Source of the DNA: Candidatus Hadarchaeota archaeon
Lineage (GTDB): Archaea; CAYQAE01; CAYVLA01
DNA length: 64,000 bases
NCBI GenBank assembly: GCA_964621445.1
Contig: CAZUNO010000006.1
Location: 54,011 to 118,010, forward strand
Reading direction: 5' to 3'
This document shows positions 40,530 to 49,719 of this stretch, one piece after another; within the stretch, counting starts at the first letter, position 1; the number at the start of each line of letters is the position of its first letter. The translations under genes and the position numbers were made by a program. The notes under the pieces were generated by a model. It was not told the DNA's origin. It saw nothing but the letters and a program-made list of their open reading frames with translations, and did no database searches.

Positions 40530-41750
40530 ATGACTAAAGGTAATCTGGAAAGGATAATCCTGGCCTATTCGGGCGGGTTAGATACTAGCGTGGCCGTGAA
40601 ATGGCTCCAGGAGAACTACTCAGCGGAGGTAGTTACTCTCACCATGGATGTGGGTCAGGCTTCAGTGGACCTGGAGGCAGCCAAGAAAAAGGCGATGGAT
40701 TTGGGGGCCATAGATGCCATTTGCCTCGATGTCAGAGAGGAATTCGTTGAGGAATATGTGGTTCCGGCAATAAAGGCAAATGCCCTCTACGAAGGGGCGT
40801 ATCCCATAAGCACGGCCTTGAGTAGACCTCTGATAGCTAGTCACCTTGTGAAGACGGCGGATGAGTTTTCCGCGGATGCGGTGGCCCATGGTTGTACCGG
40901 GAAGGGCAACGACCAGGTCAGAATGGATGTGACTATAAAGGCCCTGAATCCCGACCTGGAGATCGTTGGCCCGGCCCGTGAATGGGGATTTGGAAGATCA
41001 GAGGAGATGGAGTACGCAAGGGAGAAGGGCATTCCCATACCGGTCGATGCTGATAGCCCTTACAGCACGGATGAGAATCTTTGGGGTAGATCAATTGAGT
41101 GTGGAGTGCTTGAAGACCCAATAAATGAGCCTCCCGAGGAAATATATGCCCTGACCCGGAGCATAGACGATTCACCGGAGGAACCGGAATACATCTCCAT
41201 TTCCTTCGAGGAGGGGGAGCCGGTGGCCTTGAACGGTGATGCAATTTCTGGCGTGGAGCTGGTAGAAAGGGTTGCCGAAATTGCGGGAAGGCACGGAATC
41301 GGTCGTATAGACCACCTCGAAAATAGGGTTGTGGGGCTTAAATCGCGGGAGATATACGAGTGCCCAGCTGCCTCGGTTATCCTAGCTGCCCATTTTGATC
41401 TTGAGAAATATGTATTGACCAGTAGGGAACAGGATTTCAAGGAGACTGCCGATCGGGAGTGGACTAATCTCGCTTATAGGGGGCTGTGGATGGAACCGCT
41501 TCGTGAATCGCTTCAGAGGCTGATAGTCGATCTTAATCTATCAGTAACCGGAGAGGTGAGGATGAAACTGCATAAGGGCGTTGCCAAAGCAGTTTCCCGT
41601 AAATCGCCAAACGCGCTTTATGACATTGCCCTCGCCACCTACCAGAAGGATAGGGACATTTTCGACCACAGCTCGGCGAGAGGTTTCATTGATCTTTGGG
41701 GGCTGGAAGCAAGGATGGCATCCAGGCTAAGGTCGAAAAAGAATTCCTAA
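40530..41750 (+). CDS. argG: Argininosuccinate synthase
   Basis: LAYSGGLDTS, HGCTGKGNDQVR, YSTDENLWGRS, ENR.VG.KSREIYE. Confidence 0.97.
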   Translation: MTKGNLERIILAYSGGLDTSVAVKWLQENYSAEVVTLTMDVGQASVDLEAAKKKAMDLGAIDAICLDVREEFVEEYVVPAIKANALYEGAYPISTALSRPLIASHLVKTADEFSADAVAHGCTGKGNDQVRMDVTIKALNPDLEIVGPAREWGFGRSEEMEYAREKGIPIPVDADSPYSTDENLWGRSIECGVLEDPINEPPEEIYALTRSIDDSPEEPEYISISFEEGEPVALNGDAISGVELVERVAEIAGRHGIGRIDHLENRVVGLKSREIYECPAASVILAAHFDLEKYVLTSREQDFKETADREWTNLAYRGLWMEPLRESLQRLIVDLNLSVTGEVRMKLHKGVAKAVSRKSPNALYDIALATYQKDRDIFDHSSARGFIDLWGLEARMASRLRSKKNS

Positions 41751-42529
41751 ATTCTCTTTCGCCTCGATTTTGAGGGAATGGACCTCCGCTCAAGGGCCTT
41801 CTGCATGATGTCCAGGATCCTCCTGGCTTCGTTCTCAGAGTCCTCGAGGCAATAAGCAGGTCTCCGTCTTATGCGGTTCCTCCTCCAGGACCATTTGATC
41901 TTGCCCATGGATTTGATCCCCTTGGTTGAGGAAAGGATACCATCGACATCCTTGGCTATATCATAGCCGGAACGCAAAGCGATCTTACGGGTCTTTGCCG
42001 CTATTTCTTTCCCCCTCATACCCTGGCGCTCTATAAGCTTGGCCAGGGCCAGGAAAAACTCGTGTGCTATATCCCGCGGGAAGATGAGAGGGTAAAAAGA
42101 GCCCCCTCTGTACATTCTATAGAGAATCTTCCGGGTCTTTTTCCTCTTAGGGTCTGACGAAAGATTTGGTTTTCTCTTTTTGCTGGAGCGTAGATATGAA
42201 AGCAAGGCGGGGTTGAGATTTTCCTCCAGCAGTTCATGAATTCTGGAGAAGAGTGATTGGGATATCCTGGTCTCCAGCTCCTCCAGCTCAAACCTCGCGT
42301 CATCAAGCCTCGCTTCATGTTGTATTCTTTGGTATTGGCTTGTTTTTCTCCTTCTGGCTGCCTCGAAGGATAGCCTTGCGCACTTGTTCTCTATGGCTAT
42401 ATAATCATCGGAATGTCGATTCAGGATCTCCTCCAGCAGATAGCCCTGCTTTTCACCGCTTTCACCGGTAACCGGCAGTAGCTCGCTGGGCCAATTTGGC
42501 AATGCCTGTGTCGGAGGTCGCATAACCAT
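41747..42529 (-). CDS. Basic hypothetical protein (possibly nucleic-acid binding)
   Basis: 260-aa R/K-rich ORF; TTTTAAG TATA-like element about 25-30 nt upstream, consistent with a leaderless transcript. Confidence 0.6.
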   Translation of the reverse strand: MVMRPPTQALPNWPSELLPVTGESGEKQGYLLEEILNRHSDDYIAIENKCARLSFEAARRRKTSQYQRIQHEARLDDARFELEELETRISQSLFSRIHELLEENLNPALLSYLRSSKKRKPNLSSDPKRKKTRKILYRMYRGGSFYPLIFPRDIAHEFFLALAKLIERQGMRGKEIAAKTRKIALRSGYDIAKDVDGILSSTKGIKSMGKIKWSWRRNRIRRRPAYCLEDSENEARRILDIMQKALERRSIPSKSRRKRI

Positions 42530-42574
42530 TTCATTTATATTAGAGACACTAACTTAAAAGTTGGAGTGGTTACG

Positions 42575-42718
42575 GTGTCAGCTTTACTCTCTTTCCTCCT
42601 ACTGCAATCAGGCAGAGGGGAGCTCTTTCCAGAGTTCCAGAATCCGGTGATATTCGTAGTACTTTTGGTTTTAATGGCCGCCCTTATTGCCTACGCGATC
42701 AAGACACGTGAAGCTTAG
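42575..42718 (+). CDS. 47-aa membrane micro-protein with a PEF-TM-basic tail (below the ORF-track cutoff)
   Basis: MSALLSFLLLQSGRGELFPEFQNPVIFVVLLVLMAALIAYAIKTREA; GGAGTGG RBS-like site; TTTATAT at 42534-42540. Confidence 0.55.
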   Translation: MSALLSFLLLQSGRGELFPEFQNPVIFVVLLVLMAALIAYAIKTREA

Positions 42719-42750
42719 GGGCCATTTTTCACACATTTTGCAGTCCGGCT

Positions 42751-44499
42751 CTATATCTGATCTGGCGATTCTATTCCAAGTAGCGATAGCAAAATTGTCA
42801 GCACCTGCTTCGTGGATTCCACAAGGGCGATCCGGGATGACCTTAGCGGTTCATCCACCTGGAGAACGCGGTGCTTCATGTAGAACTTATTGAAAAGCGA
42901 AGCCAGTTCCAGGGAATGATCGGCCAAGATGTTTGGTTTCATTTCCCTCGCGGTTCTGGCTATGACCTCGGGGGTCCGGGCAAGGCTCCAAATCAACCTT
43001 GTTTCCTCGTCCGTGGATAGGCCCACTATTTCCCTTTCCAGATCATATTCCCCGGCATTTCTCAGGATGCTTGCCGCTCTGGCGCGGGCATACTGCACAT
43101 AGGCTGAGGAGTCGCCCTCGAAGTCGATGGCCTCCTCCCACTTGAATTCGATTGGCTTGTTGGGGTCGACCTTGAGTATATTGAACTTGATCGCTCCGAT
43201 GCCAACCTGGCGGGCGATTTCCCTCACTTCTTGGTTCGAAAGATAGCTTCTTCTCTTTCTAACCTCTGATTCCGACCTGGATATGGATTCGTCGATTACC
43301 TGATCGAGGGGCACTGTGTCGCCCCGCCTGGTGGACATCTTTTTCCCGCCTTCATAGGACACGAAACTGTAGAAGGCGGCCCTAAGGTCCTCCTCATGGC
43401 CTAGTATCTGGAGTGATGCCTTGAGCTCTGCAAATTCGCGTTTATGGTCCTCGCCCAGAACGGTGATGAACAGGTCCCCATCCTGGAATTTGTACTCGTG
43501 GTAGGCGATGTCCCTCAGGGTATAGGTTGAGGACCCATCCTCCTTAATTAGAGTCAGGTGATCCGATTTTCTTCTCTGGAGACCCATTGAAGATAGATCA
43601 AGTCCAACGAATTCACCGTCCTGTACGATGACGCCTTTTTTCTCAAGTCGCCGGATTATCTGGGGGAGGCGATTTTCCTCTATGAATCGGCTTTCCGGGG
43701 TTATCTCGTCGAAATCTATACCCATCCTGTTTAGGGTCTCCATTTGCCCCTTGAGGCATTTCTTGGAGGTCTCCTGGAGCTGGCTAAGTACCTCCTCATC
43801 GCTATCGGTCATGGATTCAAGCTCGGCCACCTCTTCCTGTGCACTCCGGCTCTCCTTGATCCTCTTCATCGCCGGAACATAGGTGAAGAATATCTGAAAA
43901 TCATTCTTGGAGGCGTATTCCTCGTATCTTCGTTCAAGGTCCCGGGATCTGATTTCCTTCCTGAGACCCCAGCAGATGACCACAACCTGATGTCCCACGT
44001 CGTTCAGCAGATACAACCGCCGGACCGCCCATTTCATATGATCAAATATCCTAGCCAGGGAATCGCCGATCATGGAGTTACGGCACCTGGCTATGTTCAG
44101 CGGGCCCGTGGGGTTCACGCTGGTGTGTTCTATGACCAATTTTCCCTGCTTCTCATCAGGTCTGCCGAAACCAGAACCGGATTGGATAACGCTCCTAACC
44201 ACGGTTGGACCGAACTCAGCCCAGTCAAAGTCAAAATTCAGATAGCCGTTTATGGCCCTAACTGATTTAACCATATCCGGCTTCTCCAGAGATTTGGCAG
44301 CCTTCTCCGCCAATTTTAGTGGGTTAAGTCCCCTGGCGGCTGCAGCTTTCAGTATCACCGGTGTCGAGAGGTCCCCAAGGTCATCTCTGTTTGGGGCGTT
44401 AAGGTCCACCTCCTCGACTGGAACCGTAAGTCCGAGTTCACTAAGCGAGCTTGAAACCAGTTCCGCCAGTTCGTTCTTGATCGTGAGAAGCGGGTCCAC
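42751..44499 (-). CDS. argS: Arginyl-tRNA synthetase
   Basis: IEHTSVNPTGPL, KMSTRRG, FEGDS.AYVQY..AR, FNKFY. Confidence 0.96.
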   Translation of the reverse strand: MDPLLTIKNELAELVSSSLSELGLTVPVEEVDLNAPNRDDLGDLSTPVILKAAAARGLNPLKLAEKAAKSLEKPDMVKSVRAINGYLNFDFDWAEFGPTVVRSVIQSGSGFGRPDEKQGKLVIEHTSVNPTGPLNIARCRNSMIGDSLARIFDHMKWAVRRLYLLNDVGHQVVVICWGLRKEIRSRDLERRYEEYASKNDFQIFFTYVPAMKRIKESRSAQEEVAELESMTDSDEEVLSQLQETSKKCLKGQMETLNRMGIDFDEITPESRFIEENRLPQIIRRLEKKGVIVQDGEFVGLDLSSMGLQRRKSDHLTLIKEDGSSTYTLRDIAYHEYKFQDGDLFITVLGEDHKREFAELKASLQILGHEEDLRAAFYSFVSYEGGKKMSTRRGDTVPLDQVIDESISRSESEVRKRRSYLSNQEVREIARQVGIGAIKFNILKVDPNKPIEFKWEEAIDFEGDSSAYVQYARARAASILRNAGEYDLEREIVGLSTDEETRLIWSLARTPEVIARTAREMKPNILADHSLELASLFNKFYMKHRVLQVDEPLRSSRIALVESTKQVLTILLSLLGIESPDQI

Positions 44500-44510
44500 A
44501 CCATCACCCT

Positions 44511-45758
44511 TTAGGGCTTGTATCTTAATATTGCCCCCAGGCCTCCGAAGGCCATCACCAGTTGTTTACCCTCTTCGGTATCTGTGGAGATGAATCTGAC
44601 ATCCGAATTATACATCTGGGCCAACTCGACCAGTTTGTCGTCCAAATCCTTGACCTCCTTCACGATAGGGTTCCCATTCGGGCATCTCGGACAGCTTTCC
44701 AGATTATCCACGAACTCCTGGGGGTTATCAACTACCTTCCGGAATTTCTGTTCACAGGTTTGACATTGGAATTCTACCACCGATTTCTCCAGCTCCTCCG
44801 AAATTAACACGGTTTTAACCGCTCCCATCTGGATTAGTTCTATAATCTCATTGATACCATAGCTGGCCAGGCCTTCCTTTCCGATCTCTCCCAGGAACTT
44901 CTTAACGATCTCCTTCTCCTCAATCACTTCCAATTCGGATAGTGAGTCGGAAGCTGCGTTAACCAGCTCCCTCAACCCATCCTCATCGGTGTAGGTGATA
45001 TCGAAAAGGTCGATTATCTTGTCCTTATGCTCATTTGATAGGTAGCCCCCCTTCATGAATTCCTCCTTGGTGGGCGAGGGACCACCTACCAGAAGACCCT
45101 TGAGGTCCTCGATCTGGGAGAAGGCCAGATTTGCGGACTCGCCGATACGGTTGAAGAACTCGACTGCAGCAGCCTCCCTTAAACGCTCAAACCTCCTTGC
45201 CGATTGGCCTCCAGCTCGGAATTTTCCTGGGACCCCTGAGGTCATCTTCTTCAGGCAATCTATTCGCTTTCCGTTAAGGATCCCAATTGTGGCCTCCCTT
45301 CGGTCCAAAACTAGGAGTCCGAACACCTCCGTTTCTTTAAGAACCTCCTCCAAGGGCTCCACAACAAATTTCTGGAGGCATCTGTATAGGCTGATGGTGA
45401 TTGGTTCCGGGGGGTTCAGGGCGAATAGCTGGATATCGGTTTCTCCCTCCCTCTCGCTGACGTTTCCGCAGAAGATTATGAGACCATTTTCGGGGGTCTG
45501 CTTGTGGAGCTTTAGGAATTGGGAGATCTTTTCCAGGGCTCCCAAGACGTTCTTCCTCGTGGTCTTGGACTTGATATTCTGGGCCGTAGAGTATTCCTCT
45601 CTGACCGTTTGGGCCACCAGGTTAATGTCGTAACCATCGGGTATGTATATGGAGATGAGTTCGGTATGGCGTCCTCTATAGGACTTGAGCTTTTCGAGGG
45701 TCTTCCTTATTCTATGTCTCTCTAAATTGGATCTATCCAATATAACCCGGCTCCTCAT
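44511..45758 (-). CDS. prf1: Peptide chain release factor aRF1
   Basis: TELISIYIP, NIKS, GGQS, C-terminal zinc ribbon, FGGLGAILRY. Confidence 0.97.
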   Translation of the reverse strand: MRSRVILDRSNLERHRIRKTLEKLKSYRGRHTELISIYIPDGYDINLVAQTVREEYSTAQNIKSKTTRKNVLGALEKISQFLKLHKQTPENGLIIFCGNVSEREGETDIQLFALNPPEPITISLYRCLQKFVVEPLEEVLKETEVFGLLVLDRREATIGILNGKRIDCLKKMTSGVPGKFRAGGQSARRFERLREAAAVEFFNRIGESANLAFSQIEDLKGLLVGGPSPTKEEFMKGGYLSNEHKDKIIDLFDITYTDEDGLRELVNAASDSLSELEVIEEKEIVKKFLGEIGKEGLASYGINEIIELIQMGAVKTVLISEELEKSVVEFQCQTCEQKFRKVVDNPQEFVDNLESCPRCPNGNPIVKEVKDLDDKLVELAQMYNSDVRFISTDTEEGKQLVMAFGGLGAILRYKP

Positions 45759-45763
45759 ACCGC

Positions 45764-46297
45764 CTATGCGGCTACTACCAATCTATAATAGGTGGATTTT
45801 CCGGCGGTAGGGCTATTTCTCTTTATCCGGATGATGTCCCCGGGCTCGGCTCTTAGCAGTTTGATTAGGGGATCGTTTTGCCTGATCTTGGGCAATTGGC
45901 TGGCCTCTATGCCCAACTGTCCTAGCAGTTTCTCCCGTTCCTCCTCACCTACTATCTCGTGTTCTGGCACTAGCTCATGCTCAAAGAGGTCGATGAGGAC
46001 GTTTTGCATGTTGAGGTATCTTATATTCTCCTTAGCCACCAGTCTCTTTGCGTATGGGGTTAGCGGTGCATCGGATACGATGTGACCCTCAGTGGCTTCC
46101 TCCTCCTTGATCCTGTCCCTGAGTTCCCTAGCCACCGCTACGCCAACCGATCTCTCCCCGGTAATCACTCTAATGATTATCTTCTCGTCATCCGTGGTTC
46201 CGATAAGCTCATCTTCGCCACTGGACTCTATCTGGTACCCGTCATCCTCGAATCTCTCAACGGTTTTATTGAACATTTCCTCTTCGGTAACGGGCAA
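45764..46297 (-). CDS. rpoH: RNA polymerase subunit Rpo5 (RpoH) with an RPB5-like N-terminal extension
   Basis: C-terminal HELVPEH...QLPKI...DP...GD.I.I.R.S.TAG...YYR; about 100 extra N-terminal residues; GGTGA RBS before TTG. Confidence 0.9.
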   Translation of the reverse strand: MPVTEEEMFNKTVERFEDDGYQIESSGEDELIGTTDDEKIIIRVITGERSVGVAVARELRDRIKEEEATEGHIVSDAPLTPYAKRLVAKENIRYLNMQNVLIDLFEHELVPEHEIVGEEEREKLLGQLGIEASQLPKIRQNDPLIKLLRAEPGDIIRIKRNSPTAGKSTYYRLVVAA

Positions 46298-46367
46298 AAT
46301 CTTTCACCATTCTATATTCAGGTTAGCTGAGTTGCGTTATTAATGTATCATGATGTCCCTATTTGGG

Positions 46368-47423
46368 CTATCGGGTTATCCTAAGCAGGGCCAAGGGCAG
46401 ATTCCTATAGTCAGAAACGCTCTCGTACTTCCCGTGTCCCAAACGGGCCAGATCCTTGCATAGGGTCTCCCCTTTCTTGATGCCCCCTACACGAATGACG
46501 TTAAGTCTCCTGAATTTGGGGGCAATCTCACGGGGGTCCTCCCCCTGGTTGTAGTCTCCGTCGGTGATCAGCACCGCCCACTTGTCTCTTCTCTTGATCT
46601 TGTTCATCTCTTCCCGAGCGGCCAGAAGTGCATTTTCGATATTTGTATATCCCGACGGTTTGAGATCGAAAATCGTCTCGATCATCTGTTCAATGGGAAC
46701 CTCGGTATTGAATTTCTTCAGAACATGGGTCTCGCTTTCAAATAGCTCCACGGCATAGTTGTCGTGCTTCATGCTGTGAGCGAGAACTGCCACCGTGACG
46801 GCAGCCATGGCAAGCTTTTCCTCGTACATGGAACCGCTGGTATCCAGAATGAGCATGCCCACCTTCTTCCTCTCCAGCCTCTCCAGCCCCACTATCTCCT
46901 TGGTTCCCAGGTAACCCATCTCCAGGTAGTTCTCAAGGGTCTGATCGAGATCGAACTCCTCCATCCCGGGGATGTACTGGGTTCTCCTGGTGAGGTCCTT
47001 CCGAATTCCCCTCCCGGCTATTCTAAGAGCGGAGCGGAGGATGATCTTGGTTGTAAGGCTCAGGAAGAACCTCCTCGCGCCCTCGGATAGGTTCTCCTTG
47101 ACCCTGTAATAGAGGTCTATTAGCTCCCAGCTCTCCTTGCTGGATTCCTCAACCATGAATTCGCTAGCTTCTTCGTTGTGTTCCAGGACGTGAGCCACGG
47201 CATACTTGTTCCTCTTGGCCAGGCCGATTAGGGCCGGAATGCTTCTAACCTCCACCGCCAGCTCAGCTAGGTCGGTTACCTTATCCTTATCCAGACCCTT
47301 GGTCTTGAGGTATATATCCTGAGGATTGCTGGGATTGATTATGTCGTTTCTCAGCATCTGGTCTCGGTCCATCCGACCGAACCTTACCGGTGTGTCATCG
47401 GGGGGAGGTTCCCCCTCAATCAC
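46368..47423 (-). CDS. vWA-domain protein with intact MIDAS
   Basis: LDTSGSM, GYTNI, LITDG; GTG start overlaps the AAA stop (GTGA). Confidence 0.88.
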   Translation of the reverse strand: MIEGEPPPDDTPVRFGRMDRDQMLRNDIINPSNPQDIYLKTKGLDKDKVTDLAELAVEVRSIPALIGLAKRNKYAVAHVLEHNEEASEFMVEESSKESWELIDLYYRVKENLSEGARRFFLSLTTKIILRSALRIAGRGIRKDLTRRTQYIPGMEEFDLDQTLENYLEMGYLGTKEIVGLERLERKKVGMLILDTSGSMYEEKLAMAAVTVAVLAHSMKHDNYAVELFESETHVLKKFNTEVPIEQMIETIFDLKPSGYTNIENALLAAREEMNKIKRRDKWAVLITDGDYNQGEDPREIAPKFRRLNVIRVGGIKKGETLCKDLARLGHGKYESVSDYRNLPLALLRITR

Positions 47424-48271
47424 CGAAAATCGGGGGTGAGAACGTCCTTGACGCACTCGGCTATGACGTCCTGTACCTTCTTACCGCAACCATCCATGAG
47501 CTCGATCTTGGTAGCCAGGGACATCACGGAAGCAAGCATCCAGCCCTCTTCATCACCTGAGAGATGCTGGATTAGGTTGGCGATGTCTATGGCTCCCCTC
47601 ACCGAGGAGCCCCTCCTCACGTCGGGGTGTTCCCTGGTCTTCCTGGCTATCTTGACGGCGATGTCGATCTGGCCTGAATCTTTGTTGGTGGAACGTACCC
47701 TAACGATCCCCTTCTCCTCTCCCTCGTTTTGGTAATCCAGCCAGATCCAGACGAACCTGTCACGCAGGGCCTCGCTTAGAGCGGTGGTGCCCACGTATTC
47801 GGAGGGATTTTGGGTGGCTATTATCATGAACCCGTCCTTGGCCTGCAGCGGACCGAGTTTCGGAAGGATGATTTGGCCCTCATCCATGGCCGTCAATAGT
47901 ACATTCTGAGTGGTTTCCAGCAGACGGTTAATCTCATTAATCAGGAGTATGCCACCGGCTTTCATTGAGGTGGTCAGCGGCCCCTCGATGAATGATTTCC
48001 AGTCGTAGCCCTCATTAACAACCATGGGTGGATCGAAGTAGCCGACGAGCTTGTTCTCGGTAAACCTCTCATCTCCGTCGACCCTGAGGAAAGCCTGATC
48101 GAAATGGTTGGCTATGCTCTTGGCGATAACCGTCTTGCCGGTTCCAATATTGCCCTCAATCATGAGGTGACGCCCCGATAGCTTAGCTGCCAGGGCTCTC
48201 TTGAGCTCGTTTTCCCGACCCACTATATTGTATTCCTCTTGCACCTGTTCTATCATCTGTTCCATGTTCAA
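47420..48271 (-). CDS. MoxR-family AAA+ ATPase
   Basis: Walker A GNIGTGKT, FIEGPL, INEINR (Walker B D>N), IATQNP, LSEALRDRF, SVRG. Confidence 0.88.
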   Translation of the reverse strand: MNMEQMIEQVQEEYNIVGRENELKRALAAKLSGRHLMIEGNIGTGKTVIAKSIANHFDQAFLRVDGDERFTENKLVGYFDPPMVVNEGYDWKSFIEGPLTTSMKAGGILLINEINRLLETTQNVLLTAMDEGQIILPKLGPLQAKDGFMIIATQNPSEYVGTTALSEALRDRFVWIWLDYQNEGEEKGIVRVRSTNKDSGQIDIAVKIARKTREHPDVRRGSSVRGAIDIANLIQHLSGDEEGWMLASVMSLATKIELMDGCGKKVQDVIAECVKDVLTPDFR

Positions 48272-48306
48272 TCGATCGCCTCTCGAAAGGTGAGTTAACC
48301 TGAGGC

Positions 48307-49347
48307 CTAGAAATCCAAATCTCTTAAATATGTTGAAATCTGGTCCTGCAGATCCGGGATTCCAACCATATCCACGCAGCTTATCGTAAAGACCGGGAGC
48401 CCCTCCCGTAAACTGGATTCTACCTCCGCTATCTGATCTTCTCCAGCGATGTCAATCTTGTTAATTGCCACGATGACCGGGTTCTGGAAAAGCTCGAGGA
48501 TCTGGCGCAATAGGTTCAGCTGGTCCGCGAGGACGAACCCACTTCTTGTGGTGGGATCGATAATGAATATGACCAGATCGGCCAGGTGTTCCATGGCCTC
48601 TACGGCCTTCATTTCGCTCTCATTTCTCTCCTCGAGGGGCCGGTCCAGGAGTCCCGGGGTGTCTATCACCTGTATCTTTTTCCACCCCTCCTGGTAATAC
48701 CCGAGCTGGATTCTCTGGGTGGTGAAGGGCACCGGCTTGACCTCCGGGTCCGATCCGGTTAGAACGGTGAGCAGCGTGGTTTTTCCCACGTTTGGGCAGC
48801 CCGCGATGACTATGGTGGGAAGGTCAAACTTTATGGTTGGCATCTCTCTCATCTTGGGAGCTATCTCATCCAAAAAGTCCATGACGGGCTTCAATGATCG
48901 GCAATAGGAGGATATCCTCCCATAGGCCCTGGTTCTAAAGCGATATAGAGAGCTTGAGTTACGGGCGGAATCCATCTTACGAAGGGTCTTGTCGCGGATT
49001 CTTCTTATGGAAGATGAGACATCCATTACCTCGTTCTTAGCGCCGAAGATGGGCATCGCTCCCATGGCCTTCAACATGTCCTTGTGAAATGGACTCACCT
49101 GTTTCTTGCCCGGGATCTGCTTTTGGAGCCTAGTCAAATGCCGATCGATGGTGCCGGCGGCCACCCTGATTCTCTTCTTCTCCTTTATTCTGGCCTTTAC
49201 CCGCGGCCTAAGGCCGGAGACGTTCTGGGATTCGGCCGCTTCGGAGGCTTTGGAGAAGGCCCTGTCTATCATATCCTCGATATCGATGGAATAGAAGCGA
49301 AATTCTTGGCGGGATTCAGCCATTCCTTGCCCATCGGACCTTGCCAT
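48307..49347 (-). CDS. NOG1-family GTPase
   Basis: IDRAFSKA, GRISS, GCPNVGKT, PFTT, IDTPGLLDRP..ERN, NKID. Confidence 0.92.
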   Translation of the reverse strand: MARSDGQGMAESRQEFRFYSIDIEDMIDRAFSKASEAAESQNVSGLRPRVKARIKEKKRIRVAAGTIDRHLTRLQKQIPGKKQVSPFHKDMLKAMGAMPIFGAKNEVMDVSSSIRRIRDKTLRKMDSARNSSSLYRFRTRAYGRISSYCRSLKPVMDFLDEIAPKMREMPTIKFDLPTIVIAGCPNVGKTTLLTVLTGSDPEVKPVPFTTQRIQLGYYQEGWKKIQVIDTPGLLDRPLEERNESEMKAVEAMEHLADLVIFIIDPTTRSGFVLADQLNLLRQILELFQNPVIVAINKIDIAGEDQIAEVESSLREGLPVFTISCVDMVGIPDLQDQISTYLRDLDF

Positions 49348-49582
49348 TGGAATCCCTCACCTCCTCAACGCGATGAAATGGAACATGGGAGATATCATCC
49401 CCCATCTTTATGGTCATGAATCCAGGCTCCAGCTCGACGATTGAGCTACCCTTAACGGATTTAATCCTGCGGATGGTGTTCCCTCTGGTATCCTTTGCTC
49501 TATCAACATAGGATATCCTGGCGGTGGAAAGGTCCTCACGGTGATCCCACTTTAATTTGGAGAGGAAATCTCTGAGCATCAT
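49316..49582 (-). CDS. DUF504/MJ1316 RNA-end recognition domain protein
   Basis: L.KLKWD, YVDR, VPFHRV. Confidence 0.78.
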   Translation of the reverse strand: MMLRDFLSKLKWDHREDLSTARISYVDRAKDTRGNTIRRIKSVKGSSIVELEPGFMTIKMGDDISHVPFHRVEEVRDSNGKVRWARNG

Positions 49583-49719
49583 TCGGTGATCCTAACCAGG
49601 GACGAGGGATAAGTCTTTCCAAAAAGGGGTTATCACCGCGAATGCCAATCTAACCGGGTTCTGCCGGAATGGTGAGTTGGCACAACACATAATACCGGAG
49701 TTTCCCTCCTCATGGAGGA

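Noticed and set aside
45360-45400. aRF1 YRCLQKF (Asp usually follows Cys) as a sign of stop-codon reassignment
   Set aside because: NIKS and GGQ are intact, and TAA, TAG and TGA all end genes at expected lengths
49643-49684. Hairpin TGCCAA...TTGGCA overlapping an ACA, as an H/ACA guide RNA
   Set aside because: No clear pseudouridylation pocket or K-turn; it lies in a divergent promoter region and may be chance or an operator
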